Made by a program: the position numbers and the translations under genes. The notes beneath the pieces are model-generated. The model did no database searches. It saw only the letters and a program-made list of their open reading frames with translations, and was not told where the DNA came from. DNA of 64,000 nucleotides from Sminthopsis crassicaudata (Eukaryota): NCBI RefSeq assembly GCF_048593235.1, contig NC_133620.1:348430454-348494453 (forward strand), read 5' to 3'. Positions 54,420-64,000 of this stretch are shown piece by piece. Every line of letters begins with the position of its first letter. Positions within the stretch are counted from its first letter, which is position 1.

Positions 54420-54787
54420 CTGCCCGAAGGCCCCTCCTTTAACGGCTCCCCGCCTCTCCTGACATTTCTGGAATAGTTCCCAGAGGAGGCAGTGGTGTCC
54501 GCTCCCCGCCCCCCCCCCTCACCTCGGGGATGCCAGCTCGGCCCTGAGTCCTCCCAGGAGCGGGGGGGCAGAGCTGAGCCCCGGATGCCCAGGCCTGGCG
54601 GGAGGGGGGATTGAGGGGGGCCGAGGAGGTGGGGAGATCCGGCTCGAGTGGAGGCTACGACGTCTCCTTCCTTCCTGGTTCCTGCAGTAGCTGCTGCCGC
54701 TGCTCAGCTCAGAAAGGGAGACGGTGACTCAGAGGCAGTGCAGGCAAGCAGGCAGGCGGGCAGACCCGGCAGTCCATGGGCACTACG
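54420..54787 (+). promoter_or_regulatory. OSBPL7: OSBPL7 CpG-island promoter and exon 1
   Basis: GC/CpG-rich block with ccccgcccc boxes. The donor ACG|GTAAGG is at 54788 and the next acceptor is ctccag| at 56146. Confidence 0.7.
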
Positions 54788-55252
54788 GTAAGGGGGCCAC
54801 GCTGACATCCCCTGGCATCCCCGGCAGGAAGGGGTCCAGCTCTGGCTGAAGTGAGGAGGTCTCTGTCTATCTAGTGAGATGTGTGAGGAGGCAGGGAGGG
54901 AGGGAGGGAGCTGTCCACCTTGTACCTTATCCCACCTTCCCCTCCCCCTTGGCTCAGTATAGGCAGAGGTGCCCCGTCTCTCTTGACTCTGTGAGAAGCC
55001 AGGACTCCTGTGAAGGCCAAATGTCCCCCAACCCCCCGGGCAGAGTTTGGGGAACTTTGGGGAGCTTTTCCCCACCGCTGAGTCTTTTGCCAACCTTGTG
55101 TCTCTGGGCAGCCCTCCCACCAACCCTCCCATTCCATATGGCTAATACCTAGCTGGTCTTGGTTCCTCAGGTGCCTGGTGTCTCAGTCTCTTCAAGATCA
55201 CTTGAGCAACAGCCTTAGCTTCAGGCTAACACCTTTCCCTTCCACCTCAGCC

Positions 55253-55287
<35 letters not shown>

Positions 55288-56219
55288 ACTCATGCATTAT
55301 TGATCAAGCTATGGTGCCAGGACGGTCAGTATTAGTGCCAAGGGCACCAGTGGGCACTGCTGCAGGACCTGGGAAGACCTTGAACTGTTCTTGCCCACCA
55401 GTTGTCGTTACCTACAGCTTCCCCACTAACTCTGGTTCTGTTTCCTTTCCATCTTTATTCTTTTAGCAGATGGATAGCACCTCTATTTTTGTGTCCTGGA
55501 GACTTGGGTCCATGAGTGCTAAGAAGGAGGAAGGGAGGGGAAGGCTATAGAGGCTCCAGAACTTAGGGAATGGTTAATGGAAACAGGTGGGCTGAGGCAG
55601 AGAAAGTCATCTGCTCTGCCCCAGGCCTTACTTTCTCCACCAGGCATTATATATAGTGGGCAAGGAATGAGGGAAGGTGGAAAGGGTTTTGCACAAGTAA
55701 TCCTGTCAATGGAAGGGAAGAAAGGAACTTCTTAGGGAAGAGTTGATAAGATGCTTGGCATATATTAATAAACGGTAGTTGATTGATTGATCTTGTCTGT
55801 TTATATCCTGTCTGTCTCTTTCTCCAGTCCCCCTCCATATTATTTCCTTTTCCTCTCACATCCCCAGGTTTGCCAAAGTGGAGTGTTTTCCAGAGTCTAG
55901 TTGTGTGTGCCCAAGGTGTGGCTGGGCACACCCCTTGTGGTTTTCTTAGAATCAGCTTGTTCACAAATTCTTAATTCCCCTTCTCTAGCTTGGGATCAGG
56001 AGTTGGTAGGGAACTGGGAAAATGGGGCAGAGGTGATAGGGAGGTTGAAGGTGAGGATCAGTATTCTATTTCTTTAGAGAGTTTGGGGCTGGCTTGAGGT
56101 GAATAAAAAAGGTGGCTTATCCAAGATGGTCTTTCTCTTACTCCAGGACAGTCTCAGGACCATTAGGTGACATTTCCCTCTCCCCCCTACTCCAACCGGA
56201 CAATTCCTCATCTCCCCGA

Positions 56220-59200
56220 ATGTATAGCCAGGAAAGGGACCTTGACTCTCCTCATCGGGCTGCTGCTCCGTCCCTCTCAGACAGCACCCAATCTTCAAAG
56301 TACATCACCCAGCAGGTCAGAGGGTCTGTTGTTAGCAGTGGGAAGGGGTAGATGGAGAACCTTCAACCCAGTCATGTCAATGAAGATTTGGGGATAACGT
56401 CAAAGGGAGGGAGGAAGGGAGATCCAAGAGAGGCAGGAACCCGGGAGCAGGCCCCTGAGGGGGTCCTGGCTGGGGTAAGAAAAATGTTCTGAGAAATCTC
56501 TCCAGGAAGCTTTCCTTTGCCTCCAGGGGTTGGAACTATGGGAAGTAGTGGAAGAACCACAGGGAAGATTGGGGACAGAAGGAACTCAACCAGAGAGGCA
56601 AGAAGGTCATTTGCTCAAGAAGAGGAAGTGGCCCCTGAAGGGTTGGCACAAGGTAAGGGGAGGAGCTCCTCACTCCCCAGCAAAAAGGTTTTGTGGAGGG
56701 ACAGACACAGAGACAGAGAGGATGCAATGAGAGACAGAGACAGAGAGAGAAGAGGGAGAAATAGAAAAGAGGGGGGGAGGGNNNNNNNNNNNNNNNNNNN
56801 NNNNNNNNNNNNNNNNNNNNNNNNNNNNNNNNNNNNNNNNNNNNNNNNNNNNNNNNNNNNNNNNNNNNNNNNNNNNNNNNNNNNNNNNNNNNNNNNNNNN
56901 NNNNNNNNNNNNNNNNNNNNNNNNNNNNNNNNNNNNNNNNNNNNNNNNNNNNNNNNNNNNNNNNNNNNNNNNNNNNNNNNNNNNNNNNNNNNNNGAGAGG
57001 GAGAAGAAGAGGGAAAGGGAAAGGGAGAGGGAGGGAGAGAGATAGAGGGAGAGGAAGGGAGAGGGAAAGGGAGAGGAAAGAAAGACAGGATCAAGGAGAG
57101 AAAATGAAGAATTTACAAAGATGAACCTGTGCTTACTTTCTTTCCTACCTCTGCCTCTCTCTATGGGTCTCTGGACTGTTCCACAGAGATACTTTGTTCT
57201 TGAGGATGGAATTCTTCGCTATGCAAACACTAGGCAGGATGTGAGTCCCGGCCCATGTCCAGTAATCAGGGTTGGGGCTGGATGGTATCTGATTCCACAT
57301 TGCTGGGGGGAATTTGGGAAGATGATAGAAGAGGAGAATTCTTCATTCTCATGGGGATGGGAGAGGGAGTGTAGTATGTTAGAAAGAATGATGTACTTGG
57401 AATTAGGAGCTAAGAATTAGAATCCCTGCTTGGATATATTACTAATATAACTTTGGGCAAGTCATAGAACTGATTTTGGCTTCAATTTTCCCATCCATAA
57501 TATGGGAATAACAATAAACATACAGCTCACTCCCGAGGTTTTGTAAGGAAAACACTTTGGAAAGTTGTAATTTCTCAAAAGATGTGAGTTGTGGCAAAAT
57601 CAGATTTTAAAATCCTTCCTTAAAGACTTAGAGGAGGCTAGAATCAATGGCAGGGTAAGTGTGGTTCTATGAGTTTGAGGGTAGATCCCTAGTTCCTCAA
57701 CACCCTGGCTTCCCAGCTCCTCTTGTTCCTAATTACTCCAGATTGCCAAGGGGAAGCTCCATGGCTCCATTGATGTCCGATTGTCTGTCATGTCAATTAA
57801 CAAGAAGGCTCAACGGATTGACCTTGACACTGAGGATAACATTTATCACCTCAAGGTGAGATGGAACCCAGCTTAACAAGACAGGGGTAGCAGAGGGGAA
57901 GAGGCAGGGGCTAAGGAAGAGGGCAGTCTCCGTAGAAATCAAAAAGACAATAACATTCTCCTCTCACTTATGAATAAGCAGCCCTTTGGGGAGATAAACA
58001 GGACTGCTCAGCTACTCTAAAACTGAGACATCAAAATGGATTTGTTTGTCCAGGATCTGAGCCTCATGTCACCTCATTTTGCAAATCTGGAGTTCTGTTG
58101 TCTATATCTCGCACTCTCTTCTCCTGTAGATTAAATCCCAGGAGCTGTTCCAAAGCTGGGTGTCCCAACTCTGTGCCCACCGAATGGCACAGCGCCCAGA
58201 TATGGCCAGATGCCCAAAGCTACCAACCAGTAGCACCAACTGGAAGGTAAATCCTAGAGCAGGAATATTGTTAAGATAGGAGGGGATGGCTTAGACTCAG
58301 ACTATACCCATCCATTTTGACTCTTGACTCATTCCTGCAGGCATCCAGTACACGCCTGGCATCTACAGACAGTGTCTCTGCCCTGCCTGGCTTGGGTTCT
58401 CGGGACAAGGTGTCATCTTGGCTGAAAGACAGTGAGGGACTAGATCGATGTTCCCATGGTGAGGGGTGCTTTCAGAATCAAAGTCTCATTCCCTTTATAA
58501 GTTTCTATTCTCACAGAATCCCCCCCTTTTTATGGGGGAATCATAGGGTATGCTCTAGGGAAACCCTTCTCCAGCCCCTTCTCTCCATTTGTGTGGTATT
58601 AGCATGTAAGCTCTTTAAAGGGAAGACCCTCTCCCCAATTCAGTACAGTGCACGGTACATAGGAAGCACTATCCAGATGTTTGTGGATTGGTTGATTGAT
58701 TAAGTCTGATGCCCATACCTCGGCAGTAATGTTTCCTTCCCTAAATATAGGAAGCACACAGTTAAGTGGTTGACAATTGTAATCATGATGGTTGGGGAAA
58801 GAGGACTTACAATGAGAGAAACAAGGTCAGGTGGATATGGGAAGCCTAAACTTTAAGTTTGGGGAATGGAAGGCGTAGAGAGGAGGGATACGGCTTCTTG
58901 GAGGAGGACAATATGGATTAGGAAGAGAGAAGGAGGGCTAGATGAGGAAGTTAGATGGCACATTAGATAGAGTGCTCATATTGAGCCTAATTGTGCTACT
59001 CTGGGCAACACACTTGACCTAAGATTTTATTGTAAAAGAGGTATAATAATAACCCCTGCCTTCCATTATGAGGATCAAATGAGTTAATAATTGTAAAGCA
59101 TTTGGCATAGTTCCTGGCACATAGTAAGCACTCTATAAATGTTAGCAATTATTATTTTTATTATTATTAGAGAGGAAGGTGGAGAAGAATATTACAGGCT

Positions 59201-62200
59201 ATGAAAATAACGGGTTTCAAGGAGGGAGTGATATAAAGGATAGTGATGGAAGATAAAGCCTGAGTCAGAAGCCCTAGGCATCAGAAAATGAGTTGGTAAA
59301 AGGGTGATTGAAGTCTAAACAGAGTGATTCAGTTTGGGTGCCCAAATCCACACCCCAGAGGCAAGTAAACTTTAGAAAGCTTATCCCTAAAATTGTATCA
59401 AGAGTCTCAGACCTTAAGAGCATGTGGCTGGGGAGGGAGAACCTTCATTAATTCTCCTCTCCTACCTAGAGCTCTCTGAATGCCAGGGGAAACTTCAGGA
59501 GCTGCATAAACTACTCCAGAGCTTGGAATCTTTGCACCGAATCCCATCTGCTCCAGTCATCTCCACACACCAGGTGAAGCAAAGGAAAGGGAGGGTACTG
59601 GGGCATTGGGAGCATTACTTCTGGGAAGGCTACTCACCCATTCCATCCCTGTCCCTGGAAGCCTCTGGGGTTCCAAATAGTCCATAGGGGACTTCAAGCT
59701 TAGCTCCATTTCCCTCTCTTCTTCTTCCTGCTCTTCCTTAGCATTGTGCGTCAGTCTATTTCCTTTGGAAGCATCCGTTGATCTGTCTGCCCATTTTCTC
59801 ATCTACTATGTTTTCCCATATGTGTATTTTTCTCTGCTCCTCTCCCTGGGGTTTGTATGTTGCTGTTCTCTTACCACCCCACTCCCCAGGTCCAGCTCCC
59901 TTCCCAACTGACTTCCCACCCCTCCACACACCCCGCCAGGCCTCAGTGACCACTGAGAGACCCAAGAAGGGGAAAAGAACCAGTAGGATGTGGTGCACTC
60001 AGAGCTACGCGAAGGATGACACCATCGGAAGAGTGAGTGTGGGGTAGGAATGGTGCCCCTGGAAATTGGATGGGATCTGGGCAGGGGAAAAACCTGAAGG
60101 GGTTTTCCTTCTTTTTGATCCTCCTCTTACTCTCTGACCCCAGGTGGGCCGTCTCCATGGCTCAGTTCCCAACCTGTCTCGATACCTGGAATCCCGGGAG
60201 CCCTCTACCCCTCGAGGGCTGCCCCCAACTGACTATGCCCACCTGCAGCGAAATTTCTGGGTCCTGGCACAGAAAGGTAAGTATTCAGGGCTCCTAAGGA
60301 GGAAGAAGAAGAAGAAAGAGGAAAGGGTTTCAGGAAGGAGAGGGGACTCTGACTCTCACCGTCCCTCTGCAGTGCATGGCTCTCTCAGCAGTGTCCTGGC
60401 TGCCCTCACTGCTGAATGGGATCGACTCCGGGCCAGTCACCAGGGTTCAGAGATGCAGAGACTAGGGGTGAGATGCGAAATTGTGTTCCTGAACACAAGG
60501 CGTTGGGAGGTGAAGAGGGAGGTGAAAGAAGAGGGATTGCTGAGGCTGGGTGACCAAAAGGTTAGAATTCAAAGACCTGGGTAACTGAGATGGCTAGTAG
60601 GGCTGGGTGACTAGAAAACCAGGTGTACATATCTGTGTATAGTATTAATATTGTAATCATAGATGGCTATAAACTGTGTGAATCAAAGGAGGCCTAGATT
60701 TATGTTAGCAGGGAGGGGTGGTATATGAGACTGGTGGGACTGGAACTCACTGTTAGCCGTGAGGTTTTCCCATGCCTCCCCTACAGGTCTCTGAGATTCC
60801 AGCTGGCCAGAGACGCCCACATACCCTGTCAATCTCCTCAGACACCACAGCTGACTCCTTTAGTTCCCTCAATCCTGAAGAGGTAAGAAGAATCAGGGTG
60901 AGGTCCCTGGAAATCCTTTTTTTTTTTTTTTTTTTCCCAACTTCCTTCTGCCCCCTTTAACCTTTCATGTCCAAAGAGAAACTAAAGCCCAGGATATGTG
61001 TAACCCAGCAATCTTAGTTCTTAGTCCCTTCCCCCATTCCTCATATCCCACCCCTCAATTTATCTTTTATTTGGAAGATTTCCCTTAGAATATATCATAG
61101 AATGAGAAGGGAAAGGGGATTCTTATTTCTTTTCTAAAGGAAAATGTCAGGGGGCTTAAAACCAGTCTTTTCCATCCTTCTCCCTCTTGTCTTCACTTGG
61201 AACTTTTTTTTTTCTCTTTATTTTTTTTTCAATAGTATCTTATTTTTCCAAATATATTTAAAGATAGTTTCCAATATTTATTTTTGTAAGACTTTGTGTT
61301 CCAAAGTTTTATCTCTCCCTCCCTTACCTCCCCTCCGCCCAAGAAAGCAAGCAATCCGTTAAATGTTTCATTTGGGACTTCCAAGCAGTCTAGTCGAATT
61401 TAGTAGACAGCCGTGCCCAGCCCTAACACTCATCTCTGATTTCTGCAGCAAGAGGCTCTGTACATGAAAGGTCGAGAGCTAACCCCCCAGCTCTCCCAGC
61501 GTAGTGTCCTGTCCCTGGCCGACTCCCACACAGAATTCTTTGATGCCTGTGAGGTTTTTCTCTCTGCCAGCTCTTCAGAGAATGAGGTGAGAGGGGAGGG
61601 AGGCCCTAGGGTGGCAGGGAACGGGACCTCATAGAACTAGAGTGGGTTTCAGGGATTTTGAGTCTACGGATTCTGTTAAGGCCTCCTGCCTAGGTCTTCC
61701 TCCCATTAGTCAGTGGGGCACCCTTTCCTCTTCAGCCAAGCCACGGAACAGCTAGATGTCCAAGGCTCAGGGACATCTTTTCCCCGTTCTCACCCCAAAG
61801 GCAAATCTTCTAGTTCTCCTTCCACCAGAGGCCTGAGTATACACTGCAGAGCCCCCAGAGAAAACCATCTTCCTTTCACCTAGGGCTCTGAGGAAGAGTC
61901 TTGCACCAGTGAAGTCACCACTAGCCTGTCAGAGGAGGTGCTGGACGTCGGGAGTTCTGAGCACTGCCAGAAAGGTGCCAGCCCCGGGGTATGGGACAGA
62001 AAGCTGGAGGAACGATGGGGAAGACATTTAATCCGGGGAATGAAGGAGGTTGGCTATCCTCTTTTAGGGAAGATGACGGGTAGTTTCAGTCTCTGCTGAT
62101 CTTCCTGCTCTTTTTGCCTCCTGTATCTAGGAGCTCAGAGGCCTTGGGGAAGGACTATGATACTCTCAAAGAAAGAGGGGACTCGGGGCGGGGACAGTAC

Positions 62201-63462
62201 TGGTGAAGGAAGGGTGAAGAGGGCATGCACCAAGGACCATAATCAGGATAGTCCCCTCAAATATGGGCAGATTTTCCAGGAGACTGAATTGCTCCAGGAA
62301 CGGACTGCTGGGGATGCATGATACCTGTGGGTGCCACAGCCCGGTCCCGCACGGAGCGCCGCAGTAGGATAGCGCCTCCCCGCATGCAGTGTGGCGGGGC
62401 CGGGCGTGGGACGCGGTGCTGAAGCGGCCGGGGGTGTGGCGGGGGGAGCCAGGTGGCTGTGTTCCAGGGGGAGCCGGGCTCCCAGCTCGGCGACGCTGCC
62501 TGCCAGCAGCCAGCGGCCCCGGGAGCGACGTGAGCCTGTGGAATATCCTGCGTAACAACATTGGCAAAGACCTGTCCAAGGTATCCATGCCCGTGCAGCT
62601 CAACGAGCCCCTCAACACGCTTCAGCGACTCTGTGAAGAGCTCGAGTATAGCAACCTGCTGGACCAGGCGAGCCGGACCCCGGACCCCTGTGAGCGCATG
62701 GTATGAGCTTCGCCTGGCTTCGCCTCCGCCGCCGCCCGGTGGCGCGCTGGGGTTCAGCTTCCGCCCCCGCGCCCCAGTTACTCCCCCACAAAGAATCCTA
62801 GAGCGACTGAATTAGCGCTCCGAGTGCAGCCCCCTCCTTTTCTAGAAGAGGAAGCTGAGCCGGTGGGAAAGATTTGTTCCGAGTCTCACGCTTGCTTGGG
62901 GCTACTTCAAGCCTCCAAGCCTAGAGACTAAGGCTGGGTTCCCTCTCCCCAGATGCCTTAGTCCCACTCATGACCTGCCCAAGCCCTTCTTGGGTATCCC
63001 AGTCTACGGAGAGGGGGTGGGGGCGGGGGAAAAGGAGGCTGAGTGGTCGTAAGCGGGGATCCCCTTTCTTTGCCCCCCCAATCTGACTAACGGGTCTTTC
63101 AAGTCTGCCACTCTTTCCAGTTATACATTGCAGCCTTTGCTGTCTCTGCTTATTCCTCTACCTATCATCGGGCCGGATGCAAACCTTTCAACCCTGTTCT
63201 GGGGGAAACCTATGAATGTGAGCGGCCAGATCGAGGGTTCCGATTCATTAGTGAGCAGGTGTGTGGCTGGGGCGGGAGAGAGAACCTGGACCAGAGCTGG
63301 AGAATTTGGAGCGACCCAGGAAAATTACATAATACATGCATACATAGTATTCAATTCGCATAGATACACATGTACACGCATACATGTAGCCAGTCATTCA
63401 TACACTTGTACGGTGTTTATCAAAAATCTCAAAACATATTAAAAATTTGAGGATACTTTGTA

Positions 63463-63497
<35 letters not shown>

Positions 63498-63634
63498 ATG
63501 TATAAATTCACTGGTGTGGGAAACTTTCATTGAGAAAATTCTACCAATGTACCTGTATAAACATAGAGACATAATTTTATTTTATCTTTTTCATTATCTT
63601 CATTTCATTCATTCCTTTTCCTTAATATTAATTG

Positions 63635-63677
<43 letters not shown>

Positions 63678-63912
63678 TGCATGTGTGTAAATAGACATTA
63701 AGAGGGTGTTTCAAAATAAATATGATAAAATAAGGAAGGTCAAATATGGAAAGAAGTAGAAATCGGGTGATATGAGTAAGTGAGGAAAAGGGGTGCTAGA
63801 AGAGCCTTAAGGGCAACCCAGAAATAATCTCACTGTCTTCTGTTCCAGGTTTCCCATCATCCACCCATATCTGCTTGTCACGCAGAGTCAGATAACTTCA
63901 TCTTCTGGCAAG
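56220..63912 (+). CDS. OSBPL7: Oxysterol-binding protein-related protein 7, 3'-partial; join(56220..56315,56527..56652,57187..57240,57742..57855,58130..58246,58341..58458,59470..59573,59940..60032,60144..60276,60373..60467,60787..60882,61449..61586,61884..61974,62453..62700,63121..63258,63849..63912...)
   Basis: It has a PH domain ([28 protein letters not shown]...[15 protein letters not shown]), an FFAT motif (EFFDACE) and the ORD start ([28 protein letters not shown]) with the OSBP signature EQVSHHPP. The acceptor at 62452 is uncertain (see findings). The gene continues past the window. Confidence 0.96.
62330..62900. promoter_or_regulatory. OSBPL7: Intragenic CpG island over the OSBPL7 ORD-start exon
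   Basis: CpG density is high compared with the neighbouring introns. Confidence 0.6.
63464..63690. repeat. (TG)n/(TATG)n microsatellites in an OSBPL7 intron (others at 49846-49885 and 55256-55286)
   Basis: Directly visible in the sequence. Confidence 0.9.
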
Positions 63913-64000
63913 GTGAGAGTAGGAGGACATGTGGATGGGCAGGAAAGGCAAGGGGCAGGAGAGCAAGGGTGGGATAAGAACCCTTAAGAATGAAATGAGA

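Overview
Vertebrate genomic DNA from a short-read assembly with 10 N-gaps. It is almost certainly marsupial, probably dasyurid-like, judged from WSINE1/Mar-type tRNA-CORE SINEs, RTE-type SINEs and marsupial L1 3' ends. The window holds the conserved cluster syntenic with human 17q21.32: SP6 (+, one coding exon, two candidate non-coding first exons), SCRN2 (+, 7 coding exons), LRRC46 (-, 8 exons), MRPL10 (+, 5 exons) and the 5' part of OSBPL7 (+, 16 coding exons, running off the end). I placed the exon boundaries by hand from GT/AG sites and frame continuity, using remembered human orthologue proteins; no database search was run. The first ~22 kb is repeat-rich and has no gene I recognise. It does contain a 200-codon minus-strand open frame (112-713) that starts right at a splice acceptor, reads through a MIR, and is in phase with a clean 43-nt upstream exon. 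This is the best candidate for an unannotated gene. Other highlights are junction-spanning uORFs specific to the distal SP6 leader, an ~8 kb CpG-retaining domain around SP6, a promoter shared by LRRC46 and MRPL10 with RFX and NRF1/ETS/YY1 motifs, an anomalous OSBPL7 acceptor with cryptic alternatives, and a young L1 with a perfect 16-bp TSD. There are no prokaryotic features, CRISPR arrays, rRNA or true tRNA genes.
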